Positions 53,035 through 64,000 of a DNA stretch of 64,000 nt are shown in pieces; position 1 is the stretch's first letter; each line of letters opens with the position of its first letter. The position numbers and the translations under genes were made by a program. Origin of the DNA: the human T2T-CHM13v2.0 reference genome, Homo sapiens; assembly GCF_009914755.1 (NCBI RefSeq), contig NC_060942.1; one strand, 5' to 3'. The notes beneath the pieces are model-generated. The model had not been told where the DNA came from. It saw only the letters and a program-made list of their open reading frames with translations, and searched no databases.

Positions 53035-54300
53035 TATTAATTTTATTTTTAACTAACAAATAATTGTTGTATATGTGGGGTACAATGTGATATTTACACG
53101 CATGTACACTGTAGAGTAATTAAATCAGTCTAATTAATGTATCTATCACCTCACATACATTTTTTTGTAGTGAGAACATTTGGAATCTATTCTTTTAACA
53201 ATTTTCAAATATACAGTACATGGTTAACTATAGTCACCATACTTAGCTCTCCAAAACTTATTCCTCCTGTCCGATAGAATCTTGGTAGCCTCTGAAAAAC
53301 TCTTCTCATTCCCTCTCCCTTGTCCCAACCTCTGACAGCCACCTTCTGTGAGTCTGATATTTTTAGATTTCCATGTATAAGTGAGATCATGCAGTATTTA
53401 TTTTATGGTACTGGCTTATTTCACTTAATATCTTTCAGGTTTATCTATGTTGTTACAAGTAACAGGATTTCCTTCTTTTTTTAAGGCCAAATAATATTTT
53501 ACTCTGTGTGTGTGTGTATATATGTATATATAAATATATATATACATATATATATAAAACATTTTATCCATTAATCCACTGAGGGACATTTAGTTTGATT
53601 CCATATCTTGACTATTATGAATAATACAGTAATAAACATGGGAGTATAGATGTCTCTTTGACATACTTATTTTAATTTCTTTGCATATATTCACAGAAGT
53701 GAGATTGCTGGATCATATGATAATTCTAGGATCTTTCAGAATCCATACTAAAAAACCATACTGCATTCCATAATGCCTGTATTAATTTGCATTCCAAAAG
53801 ACTGAATACCCAAGGTAATTTGGAGAAAAAAATACAAAGCCAGAGGCATTATACCTCCTGAATTCAGAATATATTAAAAAGCTACAGTAATCCATGGTAC
53901 TATCTCCATGGTACTGTCATGAAAACAGTCACATGGAGCAATAGTAGAGAGTAAAGAGCTTAGAAAAAAATCCCATGTATTTATGGTCAATTGATTCTTG
54001 ACAAAGGTGCCATGAACATACAATGGAAAAAGAATAGTCTCTTCAATTACTTGTGTGGGGAAAACTGGAAATCCACAGGCAAAAAAATAAAACTGGACCG
54101 TTTTCTCACATAGTATACAAAAATCAACTAAAAATGGATTAAAGACTTAAATTTAAGACCTAAAGTTTTAAAACTACTAGAAGAAAACATGGAAGAAAAA
54201 GTCTATGATATTGATCTGAACAAAAACTTTGGTGTCTAGGATATGGCCCCAAAAGCACAGGCATCAAAGGAAAATAGACAAAAGAGATTGCATCACAAAC
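53035..54300 (-). mobile_element. L1MA-type element: antisense 3' end (53035-53795) plus inverted sense ORF2 piece (53805-54300)
   Basis: 'ggggtacaatgtgatattt', 'ttagatttccatgtataagtgagatcatgcagtatt' and 'gagattgctggatcatatg', then sense 'ggtcaattgattcttgacaaaggtgcca'. Confidence 0.8.
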
Positions 54301-55371
54301 TAACATTTTTTTATGGAAAAATATTTAAAATATTTTGAGTAAACTATATTTTACATTTGTTTAGCTTTCATAGTACACAAAGTGATTTATAATATTTTAA
54401 AATTATTTACATTTATTTGATTAATTATATAGTGATGATGACCTTGAAATGGACAAAGGCTTTCATATGTCTTGTCTAGTACACACATCATAGTTACATA
54501 ACATTTTCTTTGATTTCAGCTATATGTCAGCTCTAAAATTTGTTAAAATCTGTTAACCAATATCACTATTATTCCAAAAATGCAAATTAATTGTGTGTAA
54601 TATAATTGAATTGCCTATTGCCCAATGGAAAGACACACTGTGCAACCATATGTAAATTCATTTTAGCATTTCTTCTTCGTCTTTTAAGTGTGCGGTTCTT
54701 TAAATTTTACCGTGACATTGTTGTGACGTCTTACTTGTTCACTTAATTAGTTAAGTAAAATTTAGGACACATGTTTATTTTAGACTTGTATAAAGTAATA
54801 ATTTTACCTTACATTTAAATGTATTGTTTAACAAATGTGTTGAAAATTTTCTTATACAAAGCTAGATGCAATTTCTATAATTACAAATACATATTCATAA
54901 CAATTTATATAAATAAACACATAAAATATTATTCCAATTACTAAGATTATTTAGGACTTTTATTTAATTTTTACTACAATTACCATACATATCCATATAT
55001 GCACATTATATTTTTGAAACAAAACCACATTTTGCTGTCCTGGTTGTAGGTAGAGGATTGAACAACTACATCTAGCTTTATTTCCTCCTGAACCCCCATT
55101 ACGATGATAGAAAAATATAGTTTAGAAATATTAAATTACAGGGATAAGTAAAGTGGAAGACAAGAACCAGTAAAATTTTTTAAGCTGAAAAGCTGATGGA
55201 TAGCTGATTTAGAGAAGACCCAAAAAAGATGAGTCCGCTAAATCACCATTGTTGAAAGCTATGAGGTTAACACAATTTGATTCCCTGAAAATATAATTGA
55301 AAAATGGTAGCATGATGTGCCTCTGTCACTGACGTAACAGACAATGGGGACTCAGAAAGGTGTGAGGGTGA

Positions 55372-55466
55372 GGTCAGGCTGGTCTCGAACTCCTGACCTC
55401 AGGTGATCCACCCACCTTAGCCTCCTAAAGTGCTGGGATTACAGGCGTGAGCCACCATGCTGGGCC
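55372..55466 (-). mobile_element. Truncated Alu (first ~95 nt of the left arm only)
   Basis: 'ggtcaggctggtctcgaactcctgacctcaggtgatcc...gagccaccatgctgggcc' with no right arm or tail. Confidence 0.9.
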
Positions 55467-55599
55467 AGGGTAAAGATTTTTATGTAAAAAGTATATATGT
55501 ATTTTCTTATTCTTAATTGATCTAAAATATAACTTTGTATTGTTTTAATAGTAAAATGCATTGGATAATTACAGTATACGGATAAATAAAAATAGGAAT

Positions 55600-56228
55600 G
55601 CTACTAACAGTACTGGCATAAAGGCAGATATGTAGGCCAATAGAGAGCCCAGAAATAAACCCACACATATACAGTTAATTGATCTTCAACAAGAGTGCCA
55701 AGAACACACAATGGGGACAGAATCTTTTCTTAAACAAATGGTGTTGGGAAAATTACGTTGCCACATGCAAAAGAATAAAATCAGAACTCTGTCTTACACC
55801 ATACACAAAAAATTAACTGAAAGTGGATTAAAGACTTAAATGAAGACCTAAATCTAAAAAATTCTATGAAAAATACATAAAGGAAAAGCTTCTTAACATT
55901 GCTTTTGGTAATAATTTCTTTGATTTGACACCAAAATCCCAGGCAACAAAATAAATATAGACAAGTAGAATTGACTGTATTGAACTGAAAAGCTTTTGCA
56001 TAGCAAAGGAAACACTCAATAGAGTGAGAAAACAACCAACAGAATGGGAGAAAATATTTGCAAATCATCTATCTGATAATGGGTTAATATCCAAAATACT
56101 TAAGTTTCTTCCACAACTCAAAAGCAAAAATAAACCAAATAACTTATTTAAAAATGGGCAAAGGACTTCAGTAGACATTTCTCAAAAGAAGACAAAGGGC
56201 CCAAGGTATACAAAAAGGTGCTTAATAT
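55600..56228 (+). mobile_element. L1 ORF2 fragment (L1MA-like)
   Basis: ORF 56024.. reads [24 protein letters not shown], an L1 ORF2p C-terminal-region motif. Confidence 0.88.
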
Positions 56229-56932
56229 TGATAGCTGCAGCAGGCAGAGAAATTCTAGGCAGAAAAGGGTGTGTCCTGACAAAATCCCACCCTCTATCCA
56301 AGAAGCCTTAAACTGCAGCCCGCAGTGAGAACTTACATCTCTGTTTTCCCACATAAATGTTTCCTTTTCCTGAAACATGCAAGGCCCCGCCCCATTCTAT
56401 CATGTGCCTATAAAGATCCCAGACTCAGCTGACAGAGAGGAGAAGCAGCTGGACATTGGTAACTACAGCTGGACATTGGAGAGAAGCAGCTTGACTTCAG
56501 AGGGACAGCTTGATGGTGTAACTTTTATAAAATATCTGGCCAGAGATGGCCAGCCTTCAGGAGAAGATTACCTACCCCTCCTGCCATCCCCTTTTCACTT
56601 CCCCTTCCCTCTGAGAGCCACTTTAGCAGCAATAAAATCCCCTGCACTTACTATCCTTCAATTTGTTCTTGTGACTTTATTTTTCCTGGATGCTGGACAA
56701 GAGCTCGGGAGCCATGAATGCAGATACAAAAGGCTGTCACACTGACACTGTGCCCTCGCTGGTAGAAGGAGGGCCCACTGAGCTGTTAACATTTAAGCCA
56801 TCTGAAGATGGCATAGCTAAAAGAGCACTGTAACACACCCTGGGAGGCTTCAGGGGTAGCAGGCAGCCCCCTAGACACTGCTGTGAGGCCACACGGAATT
56901 TGCTCCTGCTGGCACCCAAAAGCACTCACCCT
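56229..56932 (+). mobile_element. 3'-truncated ERV1 LTR, MER52/LTR1/LTR28 group
   Basis: tgatagctgcagcaggcagagaaattctaggcag..., related to the start of the 1905 LTR. 'cctataaag' and 'gcaataaaatcc'. Confidence 0.78.
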
Positions 56933-56934
56933 GA

Positions 56935-57422
56935 ACAGTTTTTGGTTCTTTTGATTCTTTGTATGAATTTTTGGTTCTCAATTTCATTCAGTTCTGCTCT
57001 GGTTTTAGGTATTTCTTCTGCTAGATTTGTAGTTAATTTGTTCTTATTTTTCTTGTTTCTCTAGGTGTGATGCTAGATTGTTAGAGATCTAACTATTTGA
57101 GGTATGTATTAAGTGCTATAAACTTTCTCTTAATACTGCTTTTGCTGCATCTCAGAAATTTTAGTATATTGTATCTCTGTTTTCATTTATTTTAAGGATT
57201 TGTTTGATTGCTCCCTTAGTTTCATTGTTTAACCAGAAGCTACTCAGGGGGAAATTGTTTAATCTCCATATAGTTGTGTGGTTTTTAGATATCTTCTTGG
57301 TGTTGATTTCTATTTTTATTCCACTGTAATCTGAGAATATGGCTGGTATGATTTCAATTTTTTAAATTTATTGCTATTTGCTTTATGGCCAAGCATGTGG
57401 TTGATCTTGGAGTATATTCTGG
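56935..57422 (-). mobile_element. L1 ORF2 (endonuclease-proximal) fragment, antisense
   Basis: 'aatttcattcagttctgctctg', 'gtgctataaactttctcttaatactgcttttgctg' and 'ttttatggcc'-like motifs. Confidence 0.85.
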
Positions 57423-57629
57423 CCATAACTTTCTTGTTTGGTAACCAGTTACAAAGTGCTTAGAAAATAGCACTTCTAAAAAGGTGACTATTATTTGCAT
57501 CAACTTGGTAAATATCCCCTTATATTGAAATTGAAGATGTATAAAAATCATAAAATGTAAACACGTTTGTAAGAAATTTATAAAGTTATAAATGTGTATA
57601 TATATGTGTGTGTCTATATATATGTATAT

Positions 57630-57975
57630 CAAATACTGCAACATGGATGAACCTTAAAAATGAGCTAAGTGAAGGAAAACAAATACAAAAAGTAATATGT
57701 TATATGATTCCATTTATATGCAATGTTCATTACATGTAAATACATATAATCAGAAAGTAGCTTACTGTTTTCCAGGGGCTTGGGGAAGACAGAAATGAGA
57801 AAGTGACTGAAATTTTGTACCGGGTTTCTTTTTAGAGGGATGAAAATATTCAGTAATTAAATTATGCTGATGATTGCACAAATCTGTGGATATACTCAAA
57901 TGACTGAATTGTACATGTAAAATGAGAGTTTGAAAGTTATGTTAATTACGTATCAAAAGAGTTGTTCTTAAAAAA
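57630..57975 (+). mobile_element. L1MB/MC/ME-type 3' UTR
   Basis: 'caacatggatgaacctt', 'tatatgattccatttatatg' and 'gatgattgcacaaatctgtggatatact'. Confidence 0.75.
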
Positions 57976-59994
57976 GATAAATTTAACAAAGAGTGGTTTT
58001 GTATTTTTATACTTTATCAAAAATAAAATTTTTAATTGTCCTTTGAATATTAAAAATGTCACTGTGATATATTGTGAAAAATTCTTAATACAAGGATCTT
58101 GTTGACTCAACTATTGACTCTTTAAGATTGAGGATAATCAGTGTCCTTCCAGCAATAATCTGTGCTGATATGTATAAGACAGAACAGTGACAAAACTTCT
58201 GGCTCTTTGGATCTGGGAAGAAAGCTTCTCAACTATACTGCCAGAAGGGAAGGCATTGGCAAGTCCTTCTGACTGAATAGTCATGATATATGGGTATAAT
58301 CTTCTATACTGCAGATCTATATGGTCTCTATGGTAACAGCATATGTAGATATTAGCAGTCATGAAAGGAGAGTTATTTCTGATGTGAGATTTATAATACT
58401 CAGCTGCTCTAATCAGCCTTACAGCACTAATTTCTTACAGAGAATAATAAGACGATCTCCCACAGACAGTCTGTGCGTTCTCTAGTCAAATGTGACATCT
58501 ATCATCTGCATGCCTAATTTCTAATGTGCATTTAATTTAGGGTTGTCAGAAAAATAAGGATTTTAAGTGATCATCTAATCTGAGCCCTTTAGATCACATA
58601 TAAAGGAATCAGAAACAAAGTCATAAAGTGATTTACACACATTTTAAATCTATTTAGAATAGATGTCAGGTAGGGATATTAGGTTTCTTTCTTTCCTTCC
58701 AACATCATCCCAAAGCAGTGTTTTGTTTTTCAGCAATTCCCTGTACCCCAATTCTTCTTAAACAATTAGATTTTGATACAAATTACATTCATAATAATAA
58801 TTTTGTTACTGAGATAACTTGAGAGCTATCTATATTCTCCATGCTTGGTGTATTTTACCATACTTAATCTACCAAACAATATTAAATAATATTTTTTACA
58901 AATTAGAACAAAGATACTCAAAGTAGCTAGGTATTTTACAAATAAAAAATTGTCCCTCAAAGATGTTACCTAATGTGTTTAAAGTTATCTGGCTTTTAGT
59001 GTTTCTAGCTCTTGGTTTATACTTCCAAGAGCTAGAAATTGCACCCCATCATTCAAGCTGTATAGTCAGAGATCTAGTTAGTATACCCTATTATCTCCTG
59101 AAGCCTAGAAAATGCCATGCCTTGAGTAATTTTCTGCAAGTATGGAAAGACTTGTTTTGTGTGTTTGAAGATGTTAGTTACAATTAAGAACAAGCTCCAA
59201 GGCATAAGCAGTTCCCATATGACTATTGCAGAGTCAAGTTGTTACAATTATGAGAAAGAAAGTCATGCAAAACTTGACCTTACAAATTGAGTATTCCAGG
59301 TTGATTGAATCTGAAACATCAAAAATAATAATAGAAAAATTTTGTCACAGTAGGTACTTGTTTATGGAAATGTCACTGTATGTACGATATTGCTTTTGCA
59401 TAATTGTTGCATTTTGGATTTGTTCACTCAACAAGCTAATTCAACAGACAAGTTGTCATTAAATTCCACTGGTGGGAGGTAGATAAGATTTGCAGGCTGT
59501 AAATAGTTCAAACATTTCGTCAGCCGTAATTGAAAAAATCTTTACTGCATATAGCTGCCTTTTACAATATAGAAGCAAAATCAGTAAAAATATTTTGAAA
59601 TATATTCCTTAACTCTTTATTCGCAAAAATTTAGGGAAATATTTTGATAGTATTTCCATGGTGTTTCTTAATATTGCTAGAACATTTTCTCTATAATATA
59701 CTTAATTCTAGTAGACATTCAATAAAAACTGGGTAAAGATAATTCTATTAATACTATGCATTTAAGGATTTTGAGTCAAAGCAAAATAAATGACATAGTA
59801 TAAAGCACTGTTTTGATTTTATCTAACTGCTTAAAATACAATAATGTGTATATATAACCATCATTTAATTTTTCCAAAATGTATAATTTTGTTTTTTAAT
59901 ACTCTAATTTCTAATAAAATACATTATCTTTAATTCACATGCTTTATAGAAATAACTAGCAATTATTCCCGTAATTTAGAAAGGATACGATATA

Positions 59995-60300
59995 GGCCAG
60001 GTGTGGTGGCTCATGCTTATAATCCCAGCACTTTGAGAGGCCGAGGAGGGTGGATCACAAGATCAGGAGATCGAGACCAGCCTGGCCAAGATGGTGAAAC
60101 CCCGTCTCTACTAAAAATACAACAATTAGCCAGGTGTGGTGGTGGGTGCCTGTAATCCCAGCTACTCAGGAGGCTGAGGCAGGAGAATTGCTTGAACCTG
60201 GGAGGCGAATGTTGCACTGAGCCGAGATCACACCACTACACTCTAGCCTGGGTGACAGAGCAAGACTCAGCCTCAAAAAAAAAAAAAAAGAAAGAAAGAA
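59995..60300 (+). mobile_element. AluS (Sc/Sg-like)
   Basis: Full Alu with an A/(GAAA)n tail. Imperfect TSD agaaaggat...tata at 59978-59994 and 60301-60317. Confidence 0.95.
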
Positions 60301-60320
60301 AGAAAGGATGCTATATAAAG

Positions 60321-60683
60321 TGTACTAGTCTGTTTTCACACTGCTGATAAAGACATACCCGGGACTCGGCAATTTAAAAAAGAAAGATTTAAGTGGACTC
60401 AGTTTTACGTGGCTGGGGAGGCCTCACAATCATGGAGGGAGGCAAGGAGAAGCAAGTCACATCTTACATGGATGGTGGCAGGCAAAAAGAGAACTTGTGC
60501 AGGGAAACTCCCATTTTTAAAACCATCAGATCTCATAAGACCCATTCACTATCATGAGAACAGCATGGGAAAGACCCACCCCCATGAATCAATCATCTCC
60601 CACCAGGACCCTCTGACAACACATGGAAATTAGAGAAGATACAAGATGAGATTTGGGTGGGGACACAGAGCCAAACCATATCG
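60321..60683 (-). mobile_element. THE1B-like MaLR solo LTR
   Basis: tgtactagtctgttttcacactgctgataaagacatacc...ggacacagagccaaaccatatcg. 5-bp TSD TAAAG at 60316-60320 and 60684-60688. Confidence 0.93.
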
Positions 60684-60784
60684 TAAAGTATTAAAAAATC
60701 TAAATATGTAACTAGCAAGTGCATGATATAGTGACTTGAAGTTAATAGTCTTTGTGTATATATCCTATACCTAAGAGTTCTATA

Positions 60785-63700
60785 TTATTTCCTTCTTTCT
60801 GCTAATTTTTGGTTTGGTTCATTTTTGCTTTTCTAGTTATTTTGATGCACACCATTAGGTTATTTATTAAAAATCATTCTACTTTTTTGAGATAGGCATT
60901 TATGGTTAAAAACTACCCTCTTAACACTGCTTCTGCTGCATCCCCACAGGTTTTGGTGTGTTCTGTTTCCATTTTAATTTGTTTCAAAATTTGTTGATTT
61001 CCATCTTAATTTCTTAATTGACCTAGTGGTTATTCAAGAATATGTTGTTTAATTTTTATCTATTTGTATATTTTCCAAACTTTCTATGGGGTTAACTTCT
61101 AGTTTTATTCCACTGTGGTGGTTGAAGAAGATAGTTGATATTATTTTTATATTTTAAATTTTTTAGACTTGTTTTATGGCCTAACATATGTTCTATCCTG
61201 GATAATTTTTCATGTGCTGTTGAGAAGCATTTTATTAGGTAGCTGTTTGATAAAATGTTCTGTAGATGGCTGTTAGGTCTTTTTGGTCTAAAATCCATTT
61301 AAAATGCAACTTTTTCTGTTCATTTCCTACCTACACGATCTGTCTGATGGTCAGAGTAGGATGTTGAAGTCCCCCTCTATTACTGCATTGGATTTGATTT
61401 CTCTCTTAGCATCTAGTAATATTTGCTTTATCAATCTGAGTGTTCCAGCATTGGATGTACACATATTTACAATTGTTATATCCTCTTACTAGATTAATCC
61501 TTTTATCATTATATATTAACCTTCTTTGTTTTATTTTACTAGTTTTGAATTAAAGTCCACTTTATCTGATATAAGTGTAACTATTCCTATTAGCTTTCAA
61601 TTTCTATTTGCATGGAATATCTTTTTTCATCACTTTACTTTCAGTCTATATGTGTCTCTATATGTAAAATTCATTTCCTATAGGCGGCATATAGTTGGAT
61701 CATGTTCATTTGTTTGTTTGTTTCTCCATTCATCCACTCTGTATCTTGTAAGTGGAGAATTTAACCCATTTATGTTCCAGGTTATTATTGATATGTGAAG
61801 TTTTGTTCATATATATATATTTGGTCCTTTTTTATTATTATACTTTAAGTTCTAGGGTACGTGTGCACAACGTGCAGGTTTGTTACATATGTATACAAGT
61901 GCCATGTTGGCTTGCTGCACCCATTAATTAGTCATTTACATTAGGTATTTCTCCTAATGCTAATTGTTTTCTAGTTATTTTGATTTGATTTTTTGTTTGT
62001 TTCTTTTTCTTTTGTTGCTCGTCATTCTGATTTAATGGTTTCCTGCAGTGGCACCATTTGTGTTCTTTCTCGTCCTAATTTGTGTGTTTCCTTTACCAGT
62101 GAGTTTTATATATTCTTGTGTTATCATGATGGTGAATGTTGTCCATTCACTTCCAAATTTGGGACTTCCTTGAACATTTCTTGGACGTTCAGTCTAGTGG
62201 TGATGAATTCCCTCATGTTATGTTTTTCTAGGCAAGATTTTCTTTCTCCTTCATTTATGAAGGATCATTTCGCTGGATATAGTATCCATGGCTGTCGGGG
62301 TTTTTTTAACCCCCTAACAATTGGGTATATAATTTTATTCTCACTTTGCCTGTAAGGTTCCTGCTGAGAAATCTGCTGCTAGTTTAATGGAGGAATCCTT
62401 TAAAGGTGACTCAACACTTTTATTGCTTTTAGAATTTTCTTTTTGTCTTTGACTTTAGACAGTTGATTATAATGTGCCTTGAAGACCTTTTTGCATTGTA
62501 CCTGTTTGGGATTCTCTGGGCTTCTTGTATCTGATGTCTAAATCTCTAGCTGGCTTTGATAAGTTTTTATCTATTATTTTGTTAAATAGGTTTTCCAACC
62601 CTTCTGTTTCTCTTCACTCCCCTGGGAAAACAGATAACTAGAATAATTAGTCACTTTATGGTGTCCTATAGATCATGAAGGCTCTGCTCATTCTTTTAAA
62701 TTATTTTTTCTTTATTTTTTTTTGTCTGACTGGGTTATTTCAAAAGACCTGTCCTCAAGTTCTGAGATGCTTTCTTCTGCTTTATGCTATCTATTGTCAA
62801 AGCTTTCATATGTATTTTGTATTCCATTCACTGAGTTCTTCAACTCCAGAATTTCTATTTGGTTCTTGTTACACTTCTATTAATATGTATTTGGTAAATT
62901 TCTCATTCCTATCCCAGTTTTTTCTGATTTATTTGTATTGTTTTTCAGCATTCTCTTGTATTTCACTAAACTTGTTTAAAATGAATATTTAATTTTTTTT
63001 TTTTACAAAATTTTGTAAATTTATTTTCAATTGGGATCTGTTGCTGGAGCATTACTTTATTCCTTTGGAGGTATCATATTTCCTTTTTTATGTTCTCAGT
63101 TTTCTTATGTTGATATTCATGCACTGGTTTTAACAGTTGCTTCTTTTAATGTTTTTGAATTTGCTTTTAGAGGAGGAGATTTTTTTCCCTAAAATGCATC
63201 TATAGTTTTGGTTGGGTAGGCGATTTCTGGCTTTGATTCTGGTTTCACGCAGTAGTATAGTGTATGTATGATTTATTTCACTGTAAACAGCATCAGTGGT
63301 ATAAGTTATTTTTCTCAGTGGCTTAGGATGCACTTATTAGTGGAGGCTGCGGTGAAGTTTTCTGGGGACTTGGATGCCTGGCAGGCCAGTCTTTAGCCGC
63401 CAGTGGTGGCAAAAATAGACTGACCATGGCTGTTTTTTTGGCCCCAGAGTAGAATACTCTGAGATCAGTGTTAGCAGGTCCCAAGTGGACTAGTTCTTGG
63501 GCCTCCACATGGCTTGCTTGGATGCTAGTAGTGGCTGCAATGGACCGTGCAGGTGGGCAGATCCCTGGGCTCTTTGGTGGCTAGCATGGTGTGGGTGATG
63601 ACAGTAGCAATGGTGAGACAACCTGCTGAATCCCAAGCAGTGCACATTGGTGTTGGTGGTGGCTGTGATGGACTGGGTGGGGCAGTCTCCAGGCCTGTAG

Positions 63701-64000
63701 GTGGCACTTTTAGGTAGGTGTCAGCTGTGGTGGTAGTGGTAGAGTGAACAAGCCCAAGCTCAGGACCGTGGGAAGAGTGTTCAGGTGCACTCTTCAGTGG
63801 CAGACTAGGCTGGGTAATCCCCTGGCCCTGGATTGTGTGCCATGGCATGGGAGGAGTGTGAAGCCAGGCTGAGCTTGCTTGTCCTGAGGCCCCCTGCTGG
63901 TGTGTGCAGGCGCTAGCCGTAGTGGGCAGAGAAGGTATGATCCCCAGGCCTCAGGCAGAGTACTCAGGTTGAAAGATGGTAGTGACCACACTGTGGCCCT
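60785..64000 (-). mobile_element. Old L1 (L1PB/L1MA-age) 5' half, antisense: ORF2 endonuclease region, ORF1 and GC-richer 5' UTR running off the window
   Basis: ORF 61092..61298(-) has FSTAHEKLSRIEHMLGHKTSL (L1 EN motif). Antisense ORF1 motif 'aaggttcctgctgagaaatctgctg'. Confidence 0.85.
61828..61962 (-). mobile_element. Short L1PA 3' end inserted in the older L1
   Basis: 'ttttattattatactttaagttctagggtacgtgtgcacaacgtgcaggtttgttacatatgtatac...ttaggtatttctcctaatgcta'. Confidence 0.92.

Overview
AT-rich primate (human-like) genomic DNA with no recognisable protein-coding gene, RNA gene or CRISPR array. The listed ORFs are chance or repeat-derived frames. The window is largely a mosaic of transposable-element fossils, with family names assigned from memory of consensus sequences rather than by database search. 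It contains about 10 Alus, old and younger L1 pieces, MaLR LTRs (THE1, MLT1), MLT2, Tigger3a, several solo ERV LTRs with clean target-site duplications (TSDs), and a two-LTR MER61-type provirus (7249-14705, minus strand) hosting two LTR10-family LTRs and an Alu. I found no evidence of a new biological system. The most notable structures are: an apparent L1 3' transduction (3820-4506); a near-perfect non-tandem 183-bp duplication with hairpin junctions (31801-31983 / 33981-34163); a perfect 84-bp (TA)n-centred palindrome; a 22-bp templated insertion inside the provirus; two AP-1 motif arrays in the LTR10s; and a CpG-rich LTR12 pointing at a candidate 90-nt exon.
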